In this document: piece after piece, positions 8,806 to 18,077 of the stretch | How the letters are laid out: each line of letters opens with the position of its first letter | Position numbering within the stretch: position 1 is the stretch's first letter | Assembly (NCBI GenBank): GCA_964608665.1 | Contig: CAZSQJ010000008.1 | Coordinates: 12,935-76,934 of the forward strand | Direction: 5' to 3' | Length of the DNA: 64,000 nucleotides | Source: an uncultured Bacteroidales bacterium | GTDB taxonomy: Bacteria; Bacteroidota; Bacteroidia; Bacteroidales; CAIXZF01 | Translations under genes and position numbers: made by a program | Notes under the pieces: model-generated | The model's database searches: none | Told to the model about the DNA's origin: nothing | What the model saw: only the letters and a program-made list of their open reading frames with translations

Positions 8806-10233
8806 TCAACCGAAAAATTCTTCTTTAAAACCCAAAAGGTACAAATTTCCGGATGAGCGGGTCACGGCAGTGTACAACCACCTGAGGTATTCGATATCCG
8901 GCGGTTCATCGGGCAGCCAGCCCTGATCCACCAGCACCTGCTTCCATTGTCCGCCCTGGGTTTTATGACAGGTAAGGGCGTATGCGAACTTGACCTGCAG
9001 GGCATTGTAAAAGCGGTTGTTCCTGATGTGCTCCATCCGTTTGCGTTTGGAGGTAATGTCAGAATAATCGTTCATGACGGCATTGAACAGCCTGTCATGA
9101 TCCGCCCTGGTGAGGGAAGCGCTCTCGGAAGTCAGTGTATCCAGCATCAGCAACACATCGAGTTCGTCTTCATCCGGATAATCAATCATCCTGACTGTTG
9201 CCTGGGCATAGCGGAAACCATAGATTTCCATGGTTTTCCTCAGGCGCATCACCTCGATGATATCCCCATTGGCAATAAAACCGGCTGTCGATTCCTGCGG
9301 CAGCCAGAAGTAGTTGTTGCGCACCACCATCAGGTAATCGCCCGCCGATATTTCTTCCTCCCTGAACAGAATGCGGCTGCGGATGCCACGGTTGAACTGC
9401 CCTGCACGCTTGTTGGAACGGGTGATGACCACGGCATCTTCCGGCTGCTTACCGGAGAAAAAAGACTGCAGCAGTTCCTGCACTTCAGCGGGCGGTATCT
9501 GTTGAATATCCTTGTAGTCTTTAAGATTGAAGTAAGGGGGGCAGGTCAGGGAGGCGGAAAGCTTTTCCCGGATCTGAGTGGCATTGGTCAGGATGCCGCT
9601 TTCCTTCGATTGCCTCATCACATCTGTGAGTTCGAAATTCCTGACAGACAAGCGGAACTGAGCATCCAGGTATGCCGGTTCAAGGGCAGGAGAACGCAAT
9701 GATCCGACAGGGGGTAGCTGGGCCGTGTCGCCCAGCAGCAACATAGTGTTGGTATCATCGGTGTATACAAAATTCACCAGATCTTCCAGCAGGCTCCGTC
9801 CCGAGAAAAACAGGCTGTCGCCGGCATCTCCCTGGTCGGGAACCATGGAAGCCTCATCCACGATAAATACCGTATGTTTGTGGGGATTGGGCATCAGGCT
9901 GAGCTGGATTCTTCCGTCGGAAGCCGTTTTTGGCCGGTATATTTTCTTATGGATAGTACTGGCCTTCATGCCCGAATAGGCTGTCAGCACCTTGGCAGCC
10001 CTGCCCGTCGGCGCCAGCAGCACCGCCTGCTTTCCCAGGGAAGGAACAACTTTGACAAGCGCAGACACCACCGTGGTTTTTCCTGTTCCGGCATAACCTT
10101 TCAGCACAAAGCACCGCCTGGCGCCTCTGCCGCTGATGAACTCCGACAACAACTGCAGCAACTCCTGTTGTCCCTGTGTGGGATCATAGGGAAACTGCCT
10201 GAGCAATGCCTGATATACCCTGTCTTTCAGCAA
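8806..10233 (-). CDS. RecD-like / PIF1-like superfamily-1 DNA helicase
   Basis: Walker A GYAGTGKTT, DEASMV (Walker B), and a C-terminal UvrD_C_2-like CHKTQGGQW...LYTAVTRS. The track start is TTG. Confidence 0.85.
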   Translation of the reverse strand: MLKDRVYQALLRQFPYDPTQGQQELLQLLSEFISGRGARRCFVLKGYAGTGKTTVVSALVKVVPSLGKQAVLLAPTGRAAKVLTAYSGMKASTIHKKIYRPKTASDGRIQLSLMPNPHKHTVFIVDEASMVPDQGDAGDSLFFSGRSLLEDLVNFVYTDDTNTMLLLGDTAQLPPVGSLRSPALEPAYLDAQFRLSVRNFELTDVMRQSKESGILTNATQIREKLSASLTCPPYFNLKDYKDIQQIPPAEVQELLQSFFSGKQPEDAVVITRSNKRAGQFNRGIRSRILFREEEISAGDYLMVVRNNYFWLPQESTAGFIANGDIIEVMRLRKTMEIYGFRYAQATVRMIDYPDEDELDVLLMLDTLTSESASLTRADHDRLFNAVMNDYSDITSKRKRMEHIRNNRFYNALQVKFAYALTCHKTQGGQWKQVLVDQGWLPDEPPDIEYLRWLYTAVTRSSGNLYLLGFKEEFFG

Positions 10234-10275
10234 AACTGAAATGATAAATAACCATTGTCCATCCCGCTCATTGTA

Positions 10276-12624
10276 TCAGAAGGGATAACCTATTCCGAAA
10301 TTCCACATGATGTCGCGCATCCTGATACGACCGGGCTCAATCCATGTTCTTTCCACACCCGACCCCGGATTGCGTATCTGCAGGGCACCATCGAGGCGGA
10401 AAACGAAGAAACTGAAATCGAACCTGAATCCCAGTCCGGCATCGATGGCGATCTGCCTGAAAAACACATCTCCCCTGAATGCTCCGCCCGGCATCTGATC
10501 CGAGGGCGTCAGCAACCAGATGTTCCCGGCATCCGCGAATAAGGCACCATGAAACCAGCCCAGCACCGGGAAACGCCATTCCAGGTTGGATTCAATCAGG
10601 ATATCCCCCATCTTTTCGTACTGAATACCCGATCCTTCATCAAACCAGGCTCCGGGCCCCAGCGACCGGATGGCCCAACCCCGCATGCCGTTGGCACCGC
10701 CTGCGTAAAAACCACGGTCGAAAGGCAATGCACTTGAATTGCCGTAAGCGTAACCGATACCCAGGGCCGCACGGTACACCACAGTCCCCGACCCAAGCAG
10801 GTTGTAATACCTGAAATCCCCGTCCAGCTTCAGATACTGAGCATACCGTATGCCAAAAACAGCGTACTGCCCGTTGTCGTCCTTCTTTGCATGCGCAATA
10901 TGGTTGAACCCTGAAAGCATATTCCCGGCCGACTCCAGATTGCTCCGGAAGAAGTAAAAGTCTGTTCTTTTATTTAGATCTTGATTATTAAATATATAAC
11001 TATACCTTAAAGCCATGATGAGGTGATCCGTATACTGATCAGTCAGACGTTGGTCGTTGAACGACAGCAGGTATGCTGTAAAGGTGGAATCCGGGAATAT
11101 TCTCACGGAATTGATTTCCAGCGGGTTCAGTATATGTTTCTTATATTGGCTTTCTTTCCATTCATAACCAAAAGAAACCTCGGTGCGATAACGCCGGAAC
11201 GAACTTCTCTCCTGATAATTCACTCCCGTATTGATCCTTGTTGAAGGACGGAAGGAACGGCTGAAACGATCCTGATTCAAGGGCACCAGGAATTTGGGAA
11301 ATACCAGGCTGGCCTGTATCCCTGTTTCAAAAGTATTAAAGAAGGCTTTATCGGCCTCGTATTGTTCACCAACCCGTTTTTGAATTTCGAGGGCGCCTTT
11401 CATCTGAATGTTCAGTAACTCCGCACCTCTGAACAGGTTGCGGTTTTCCATAACCAGGCTGGCGGCCACACCGAAATCACCGCCTGTGTTGGTACCTTCG
11501 GTTTCCACCGACACTGCCATCACCTTGTTTCTTGTCATCTGTATCCGGCCGTCGAGATAACGCACCTGTCCGTTGCGGTTGCTGTCGCTGACAGGAAAGA
11601 ATTCCAGATTGATGAAGCGGTACAGGGGCAGCTCATTCAGACGGGTATATGACTGGCCGACATCCGAGATGCGGAATAACTGACCCGGGCTGAGAGAGAG
11701 GTTCTGGGTGATGACGGAAGGTCTGAGGGGCATGCGATCCTTAAATACAAAACGAATCCGGCCGTGCATATCAAATTCTGATTCATCAGACAGGGTGTCA
11801 TTTTCCAGGCCATTCATGCGCAACGGATCATAATCAGGTTCGATGGTGATATTCCGCAGGGTGCAGGTCTGGTGTTCCCGCGGCGGATTCTGGAGGCTGT
11901 CCGTCAATACAACCGCCGGATCTGCGATCTGCATGCTGAGATCTATCTGCTGCCCTCCTGCGCTGCTGTCGGCCAGGAAAGTGATATAGTCCTTCATGAA
12001 ATAGTAATACCCATGGTCGCGCAGCAGCAAAGTAATTCTGTCGCGCTCATTATCAAGAACATACACATTATACGGTTTACCTGGCCCGATCAGGGAATTC
12101 CGCCTGCCGGCATGCAGCAGCCGGGCAATGGCCGTATCTCCGCTTTCATAGGAGATATTCCGCAGCAGATAAACCTTCCCCGGAAAAACATGATACCGGG
12201 AAGTGGCGAATTTCCGCCGGTAGCTGTGATCAACACTTACGCGGGACTGGAAATATCCTGTATTCCCAAGGTAGGCTTTCATGTTTGCTGCTGATTGCCG
12301 GCTGAGGTTGGTATCGAGGATGACAGGCCTTGCAGCCACTGCTCTTCCGATCCACCGCCTGAACCAGTGCTGCTTTCCCCTGGCGGCAAACTGATCAGCC
12401 CATATCTCAAGCGGAAAAACTCCCAGCATGCGTTTGTTCGGTTTCTGCCTGATATAGGCCTGAAGATCCGACAAGCCGGACTGATGGGGATGCACCTCCA
12501 GCCTGTTGCGGCGGAGCAGGTATTCTCCTTCCGCCAGACGGCCCGTCACCGAACAGGATGAAAGCCATACGGCCAGTAAGGTAATCATCAGGTTAAACAG
12601 ACTCCTGCGCATGCGGTTGTTCAT
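10276..12624 (-). CDS. Omp85-family (BamA/TamA-like) outer membrane protein
   Basis: Lipoprotein-like signal (LSSCSV), POTRA-like N-terminal region, and a C-terminal beta-barrel with alternating hydrophobics that ends in GIGYPF. Confidence 0.8.
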   Translation of the reverse strand: MNNRMRRSLFNLMITLLAVWLSSCSVTGRLAEGEYLLRRNRLEVHPHQSGLSDLQAYIRQKPNKRMLGVFPLEIWADQFAARGKQHWFRRWIGRAVAARPVILDTNLSRQSAANMKAYLGNTGYFQSRVSVDHSYRRKFATSRYHVFPGKVYLLRNISYESGDTAIARLLHAGRRNSLIGPGKPYNVYVLDNERDRITLLLRDHGYYYFMKDYITFLADSSAGGQQIDLSMQIADPAVVLTDSLQNPPREHQTCTLRNITIEPDYDPLRMNGLENDTLSDESEFDMHGRIRFVFKDRMPLRPSVITQNLSLSPGQLFRISDVGQSYTRLNELPLYRFINLEFFPVSDSNRNGQVRYLDGRIQMTRNKVMAVSVETEGTNTGGDFGVAASLVMENRNLFRGAELLNIQMKGALEIQKRVGEQYEADKAFFNTFETGIQASLVFPKFLVPLNQDRFSRSFRPSTRINTGVNYQERSSFRRYRTEVSFGYEWKESQYKKHILNPLEINSVRIFPDSTFTAYLLSFNDQRLTDQYTDHLIMALRYSYIFNNQDLNKRTDFYFFRSNLESAGNMLSGFNHIAHAKKDDNGQYAVFGIRYAQYLKLDGDFRYYNLLGSGTVVYRAALGIGYAYGNSSALPFDRGFYAGGANGMRGWAIRSLGPGAWFDEGSGIQYEKMGDILIESNLEWRFPVLGWFHGALFADAGNIWLLTPSDQMPGGAFRGDVFFRQIAIDAGLGFRFDFSFFVFRLDGALQIRNPGSGVERTWIEPGRIRMRDIMWNFGIGYPF

Positions 12625-12906
12625 TCCTTTGCAAACCTACATAAAAAGGCTGTCGGCAGGCAGCTTTTAGGCTGCCTTCATGCATGAATAATTTTAGTGC
12701 GACCTGTATGGATTTGCGAAAAAACACCTCAGACCGCTGATGATTATTTCCGATTCCGTCAGCGCAGCCTCAAAGTTCGTATCCGGTAAAATTGTCAATT
12801 CATAAGAATCTGCTTGCAAATTTCATCCGGAATCTGTATCTTAGTTGAATAAATCAGACCTTTGGAACCCCGGAAAGGAATTTATCACTGAAAATCAAGA
12901 AGCGAT

Positions 12907-13599
12907 ATGTCTGAACTCTTATGGAAATATATGGAAGAGCGCCTTCAGCAGAAAGGGTATCTTCCGGTTAATCTGCGGCATGGTCCGGTCATCACCCTGT
13001 CGCGTGAGGCGGGATGCGCTGCCAATCCCATTGCCCGGGCCCTTCTGAGACTGATACAGCAGGAGAGACCTGCAAAAGAGAAGCAGTGGAAAATTGTGAA
13101 CAAGGAGATTGTTCATGAGGCAGCCAGGGAGCTGGAGATCTCTCCGGACAAGATATCTTATGTATTCAAGGCTGAGGAAAGGAAATTGCTGGATGAGATG
13201 CTTGCCGCCCTGACATCCCGCTATTACAAGAGTGATCAGCGGATAAGGAAGACCATCACCGGGGTGATCCGCAGGATTATCGACGACGGCTACGTGATTA
13301 TGGTGGGACGCGGCGGGGTTGCCTTTACAAGAGGAAAGACCAATACGCTCAACGTCTTCCTGCAGGCGCCCCTGGAGTGGCGGATCCGAAATGTGTCAGA
13401 AAAATACCGCATCCCTTATGACAAAGCTGCCGTGATGGTGGCAGCCACCGACAAGGAAAGAAAACTCCTTACCGAACATTTCCAGGGGAAGAAGGTTGAT
13501 CCCGCCATATACGATGTCATCATCAATGTTTCCAGTTTCAGCATCGAACAGACTGCGGAACTGCTGTACCAGATGGCAAAGGACAAATCCCTTATCTGA
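12907..13599 (+). CDS. Cytidylate-kinase-like family protein (P-loop-like NTPase)
   Basis: The N-terminal ITLSREAGCAANPIARAL pattern is typical of the cytidylate kinase-like 2 family. 230 aa. Confidence 0.6.
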   Translation: MSELLWKYMEERLQQKGYLPVNLRHGPVITLSREAGCAANPIARALLRLIQQERPAKEKQWKIVNKEIVHEAARELEISPDKISYVFKAEERKLLDEMLAALTSRYYKSDQRIRKTITGVIRRIIDDGYVIMVGRGGVAFTRGKTNTLNVFLQAPLEWRIRNVSEKYRIPYDKAAVMVAATDKERKLLTEHFQGKKVDPAIYDVIINVSSFSIEQTAELLYQMAKDKSLI

Positions 13600-13603
13600 T
13601 CCC

Positions 13604-14710
13604 ATGAACCCGGGCCGGCCTGTCCTGCTCCTTGATGAAACCAGGGCAAGACAAAATCTTGAGCGGATGGTACAGAAAGTTCACGCCGCAGGAGTGTGCT
13701 TCAGACCGCATTTCAAAACACATCAGTCGCATGAAGTCGGACGCTGGTTCAGGGAAAAGCAGGTGACCGCCATCACCGTTTCATCTGTGCACATGGCCAC
13801 CTATTTCATTCAGGACGGCTGGACGGACATCACCATCGCTTTTCCACTCAATATTCACGAAATCAACCTATTAAACAGCATACCTGAGGCCATCAGCATT
13901 GGATTGCTGGTCAGTACACCGCAGACGGCGCAAAAACTCTGCGAAACGGCAGGCAGGCCTTATCACTGCTGGATAGAAGCCGATACGGGATTCGGGCGTT
14001 CCGGGATTGAGGCTTCAGATACGCATGCATTCAGGCAGGTCATTCAGATTTTGCAAAGCAATTCCCTGCTCAGGGTCAGCGGACTGCTCTCTCACTTCGG
14101 ACATACCTACCAGGCAAAGGACATACCGGAAGTGAGCAGGATATACAACAGCGGCATGGAAGCCCTGCAAGCCTTACGCAGCCAGTTGCTCCCCGTTTGC
14201 CCCGGCCTGAAGATCAGCGTCGGTGACACCCCGTCATGCAGCATGCTGGCCGATTTCGGGCAGGCCGATGAACTCAGGCCCGGCAACTTCATTTATTACG
14301 ATCTGATGCAGGCCGCCATCGGCGCGTGCAGCGTCGGAGACATTGCCATCGCCCTGTCCGTGCCCGTGGTGGAAGTGCATCCCGCCAGAAGGCAGGTCAT
14401 CGTCCATGGCGGATCGGTACATCTCTCGAAAGACAGCATGCCTGACGAACAAGGCCGTCCTGTCTATGGCAGGGTCTGCCGGCTGGAAGGTTCCGTCTGG
14501 GGTTCTCCCCTGGAAAACGCATTTGTGAAGAGCCTGAGTCAGGAACACGGGGTGCTGCAGTTCCGGTCAACCATCCCCGCAGATATCGAAGCGGGCAGCC
14601 TGCTGGCTGTTTTGCCGGTACACAGCTGCCTTACCGCCGATGCCATGGGAGCCTGCCTGGGTTCCGGCGGCCGGGTGATCTCCATGTTCGACAAAACCAG
14701 GATTTATTGA
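13604..14710 (+). CDS. PLP-dependent alanine-racemase-fold enzyme of the D-serine dehydratase / D-threonine aldolase (DSD1) type
   Basis: FRPHFKTHQS contains the PLP-lysine motif. I chose the ATG at 13604, because the track start at 13496 overlaps the preceding gene and gives an implausible N-terminus. Confidence 0.7.
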   Translation: MNPGRPVLLLDETRARQNLERMVQKVHAAGVCFRPHFKTHQSHEVGRWFREKQVTAITVSSVHMATYFIQDGWTDITIAFPLNIHEINLLNSIPEAISIGLLVSTPQTAQKLCETAGRPYHCWIEADTGFGRSGIEASDTHAFRQVIQILQSNSLLRVSGLLSHFGHTYQAKDIPEVSRIYNSGMEALQALRSQLLPVCPGLKISVGDTPSCSMLADFGQADELRPGNFIYYDLMQAAIGACSVGDIAIALSVPVVEVHPARRQVIVHGGSVHLSKDSMPDEQGRPVYGRVCRLEGSVWGSPLENAFVKSLSQEHGVLQFRSTIPADIEAGSLLAVLPVHSCLTADAMGACLGSGGRVISMFDKTRIY

Positions 14711-14711
14711 T

Positions 14712-14814
14712 TATACCGAATGAACACAGGAATGCGAAAAAAGTGTTTCAAGCGTCATCGGTATAACTGAATATAAACGAAAATTGCTGCGCATTTTCCA
14801 AAAGATTCAGCATA
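14712..14814 (+). repeat. Copy A of a roughly 103-nt multi-hairpin intergenic repeat
   Basis: 85% identical without gaps (15 mismatches in 103) to 29249-29351. Outer stem TATACCGA/TCGGTATA, inner stem AACAC/GTGTT, second hairpin CTGAAT/ATTCAG enclosing GAAAAT.GC/GCATTTTC. Confidence 0.8.
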
Positions 14815-14837
14815 CCTTTACATTAAAATACATCAAT

Positions 14838-15929
14838 ATGAAAATCTGTGCTGTTTTCATTCTGCTGGTTGCATTCTGGTACGATGCATTCACCCAAACC
14901 ATCTCCTCACCCGAAAGCGTCACCCTGGATCCCGCCACAGGGAATTATTACATTTCCTGTCCCGGCAATCATACCATCCTGAAAAGGGATCCTGCCGGAA
15001 ATCTCAGTGTCTTCCAGCCCTCTTCCCCCTGGTGTTCCGCTCCCAAAGGGCTCTGTATCGTCAACAATGTTCTCTATGCCACCGATATCACCTATGTCAG
15101 GGCTTACGACCTCGACAGCGGCACCGTGGTGATGAGCCTGCTGATCAATGATGCAGTCTTCCTGAATGATATCGTAGCTGACGGGAACGGGCAATACCTG
15201 TATATCACCGATACCCAGGGCTGGAAAATTTACAAACTTGATATCACCAGTCAAACGGCAACTCCCTGGCTGACCACCGGTATCGTGTCACCCAATGGCA
15301 TTTACTGCGACTATATGTCGAACCGCCTGCTGATCGTGGAGTTCAGTTCGAACGCCACCATCAAGAGCATCGACATGACCACCCAGGCCATCCTCACCCT
15401 GGTGGCCAATCCGCCTGCCATGCTTGACGGGATCACCCGTGATTCACAGGGGTACTGGTATATTTCGAGCTGGGCCACCAATAAAGTGTACCGGTATCAC
15501 CACAGCCTGCTCGGTACACCCCTCGAAGTGAGCGTGAGCGGCACCGTAAACGGGCCGGCCGATGTCTATGTGAACAGGCTGGCTAATCCCGAGATCCTTG
15601 CGATCCCAAGCATGAACAACAACCAGGTATATTTTGTCCCGCTCGTATGGACAGACCTGAATGAAAACTGTCCACCGGAAACACCACGGCTCTACCCCAA
15701 TCCAGGCAGGCAGCAAACTACCCTGGAATATTTTGGCGATTGTGGTAATGATGTAAAGATCAGGATAGTATCCATGCAGGGACAGGAAGTAGGCTGCCTG
15801 CGTAACCAGTTGACAGAAAGCGGATTGCAGCGACAGTCTCTGGAAACCGGACAGCTAATCCCTGGCTCCTATCTGGTTTGGCTGCAATGCGGCAACAAGG
15901 ACTACCGCCTGCCCTTAACCATAAATTAA
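14838..15929 (+). CDS. Secreted beta-propeller protein (SMP-30/gluconolactonase/NHL-like) with a T9SS type-A C-terminal domain
   Basis: Signal peptide MKICAVFILLVAFWYDAFTQ (ATG at 14838, internal to the track ORF). Repeated propeller-blade-like segments. CTD LYPNPGRQQTTLEY...GSYLVWL. Confidence 0.65.
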   Translation: MKICAVFILLVAFWYDAFTQTISSPESVTLDPATGNYYISCPGNHTILKRDPAGNLSVFQPSSPWCSAPKGLCIVNNVLYATDITYVRAYDLDSGTVVMSLLINDAVFLNDIVADGNGQYLYITDTQGWKIYKLDITSQTATPWLTTGIVSPNGIYCDYMSNRLLIVEFSSNATIKSIDMTTQAILTLVANPPAMLDGITRDSQGYWYISSWATNKVYRYHHSLLGTPLEVSVSGTVNGPADVYVNRLANPEILAIPSMNNNQVYFVPLVWTDLNENCPPETPRLYPNPGRQQTTLEYFGDCGNDVKIRIVSMQGQEVGCLRNQLTESGLQRQSLETGQLIPGSYLVWLQCGNKDYRLPLTIN

Positions 15930-15993
15930 TCTCCTGCCGGGGGGTCTTTTGAACAAATGCCCGGAGCGCTTGTTTAAGAACGAAAAACAAGGC

Positions 15994-16779
15994 ATGAGAA
16001 ACAACATTACCTATTTTATCTGGGCCGGCGCAATTGTGCTGCTCGGAGCCATTACCCTTTCCGCTTTTTCCCCCACGGGAGCTCCCGCAGGTTACACCGG
16101 TTCTCCCGGCGACGGTCAGAACTGTACTTCCTGCCATGGCGGAACGGCTACCACGGTGAATAACTGGATCAGTTCCAACATTCCCGCTGCAGGTTACATC
16201 CCCGGGCAGACCTACCAGATCACCGCCACCAACAACCACAGTGGTAGTGAGAAATACGGCTTCCAGGTTTCCCCCCAAAATCTTTCCGGCACGCTGATGG
16301 GCACACTCACTGCCGGCACCAACAACAAGCTGGTGGGCAACAACAAGTATGTGACACATATGCTGGCCAATAATACCGACAATGTGTGGACATTCAGCTG
16401 GACAGCCCCCCCGGCAGGCAGCGGCACCGTTACTTTTTACGGGGCATTTGCCCGCGGAAATCCCGGACCGGTAGCGCTTTCCACCCTGGCCGTCACCGAA
16501 AACACCACCGGGATTGAAAACCCGGCGGATCAGCATGAGAACTTCCGGATTTACCCGAACCCGGCCTCTGATCATGTGAGCCTGCAGCTTCCTACAGGTT
16601 CAGCAGGACAGGTCAGCATCCGTCTGAGTGACCTTCGCGGCGGCATGAAGGTTCTCGAGCAGACCATCCCTTCAGGTACCAGCCACCGTCTCGATTGCAG
16701 CGGTCTCCCGAAAGGGATCTATTTCGTCGATATCAGCACCGGAACAGACAAATACACTGAGAAGCTGATCCTGCAGTAG
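15994..16779 (+). CDS. Secreted protein with an N-terminal CxxCH motif and a T9SS type-A C-terminal domain
   Basis: Signal/TM segment ITYFIWAGAIVLLGAITLSAFS. GYTGSPGDGQNCTSCHGG, with the CTSCH codons at 16123-16137. CTD FRIYPNPASDHVSLQL...GIYFVDI. Confidence 0.7.
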   Translation: MRNNITYFIWAGAIVLLGAITLSAFSPTGAPAGYTGSPGDGQNCTSCHGGTATTVNNWISSNIPAAGYIPGQTYQITATNNHSGSEKYGFQVSPQNLSGTLMGTLTAGTNNKLVGNNKYVTHMLANNTDNVWTFSWTAPPAGSGTVTFYGAFARGNPGPVALSTLAVTENTTGIENPADQHENFRIYPNPASDHVSLQLPTGSAGQVSIRLSDLRGGMKVLEQTIPSGTSHRLDCSGLPKGIYFVDISTGTDKYTEKLILQ

Positions 16780-16806
16780 GCAGCGATCCGGCCTGACCGG
16801 TCTGCC

Positions 16807-18015
16807 TTAAGGGATTTCAAGCAGGAAGTCCCTGAGGTTCATGAGTTCAATTCCCCTGTGGTTACCCCTGGCAAACGCATCGAGGGTAACCACAAACTTT
16901 TTGAAATTGTCGCGAATCAACAGCAGGTTGCCAAACTCCCTTTCAAATGTTTTTTCTTCTGCGACACTCAGAGCCACCTGAACATAGATTGTTTGATCAT
17001 CCTTTGTGGCAATGAAATCGATTTCTTTATCAGCCAGTTTCCCGACATAAACCTGCCAGGAATCCTGCAGCAGATGCCGGTAAACCATACTTTCAATATA
17101 TTTATGGATGTTCTTGGGATCCCAGGCTTTGATAATGTGACTCAATCCAAGATCCTCGAAATAAAATTTATCATTCACCTCAAACAGGCGTTTCCCGGCT
17201 ATATCGTATCGTTTTACCCGGTGTATGAGGTAGGATGACTCAAGAAAATGCAAATATTCAAGTATCGTCCTGGCAGAAATCGCTATATGCTGTGATTTTA
17301 AAAATCCACTGATTCTGTTGGCAGATATCAGGCTGCCGGTATTATCGGCAATAAATGCCATCAGGTTGTTCAGAAAGCTGAAGTTCCGAACATTGAACCT
17401 TTGAACGATATCGCGGAATAAGATAGTATTCAGCACATTACGAAGATACTCCTGGCGAACCAGGGTATTGTCCTCCAAATGAATGAGAAAAGGTAGGCCT
17501 CCCTCCTGCATGTACTTCCACATCGCTTCAGGAGTATTATCCAGCTTGTGAAATAGAAGGTATTCACCGTATGAAAGGCAATGAATCTTAATTTCCACAT
17601 ATCGTCCCGACAACATTGTGGCCAGCTCACCGGAGAGCATTGTGGCATTGCTCCCCGTACAATAAACATCGAAACATCCCTGGGCAATCATTCCCCTCAC
17701 TGCTTTCTCAAAATTTGCAATCTCCTGTATCTCGTCAATAAACACAAAACACTGCCCTGCTGCCGGCTTCCTTTCCTTAACGTAATTCCACAGGCTGAGG
17801 TCGTCCCGGATACCGTCATAATCCGGATGTTCTTTATTGATATAGATGATCGTTGCATCAGGATGCTTCAGGCGGATATAATCGATCGTCTGCAGCATAA
17901 TATAGCTTTTTCCCGAACGCCTCTGACCTGTAAAAACCTTGATCAAAGGCTTTCCGATGAAAGGGAGTACCCGGTTCAGGTAACTACTGCGCGGAATAAA
18001 GTCTGGTGTTTCCAT
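16807..18015 (-). CDS. AAA-family ATPase with a DUF4143-like C-terminal domain
   Basis: Walker A GQRRSGKSY, Walker B FVFIDEIQ, and a C-terminal restriction-endonuclease-like region (EIDFI...YVQV). The local sequence is visibly AT-richer than its neighbours. Confidence 0.75.
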   Translation of the reverse strand: METPDFIPRSSYLNRVLPFIGKPLIKVFTGQRRSGKSYIMLQTIDYIRLKHPDATIIYINKEHPDYDGIRDDLSLWNYVKERKPAAGQCFVFIDEIQEIANFEKAVRGMIAQGCFDVYCTGSNATMLSGELATMLSGRYVEIKIHCLSYGEYLLFHKLDNTPEAMWKYMQEGGLPFLIHLEDNTLVRQEYLRNVLNTILFRDIVQRFNVRNFSFLNNLMAFIADNTGSLISANRISGFLKSQHIAISARTILEYLHFLESSYLIHRVKRYDIAGKRLFEVNDKFYFEDLGLSHIIKAWDPKNIHKYIESMVYRHLLQDSWQVYVGKLADKEIDFIATKDDQTIYVQVALSVAEEKTFEREFGNLLLIRDNFKKFVVTLDAFARGNHRGIELMNLRDFLLEIP

Positions 18016-18077
18016 TTGTGTATTATGATAAATAAAAAACCAAATATACGCATTTTATTTATCATGATAAAAATTTA

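Noticed and set aside
12640-12680. Hairpin AGGCAGC-TTTTAG-GCTGCCT as a terminator
   Set aside because: It lies in a divergent promoter spacer between the Omp85 start and the start of the cytidylate-kinase-like gene, so no upstream gene ends there. It may be regulatory, but a terminator role is not supported.
13496-13603. Longer track start for the PLP enzyme, overlapping the cytidylate-kinase-like gene by 104 nt
   Set aside because: The extension translates to an implausible Ser/Cys/Arg-rich peptide. The ATG at 13604 lies 5 nt after the upstream stop and precedes the conserved N-terminus. Similar TTG or GTG extensions were trimmed at 14784, 15949, 22718, 39767, 41167, 44515, 48482 and 51491.
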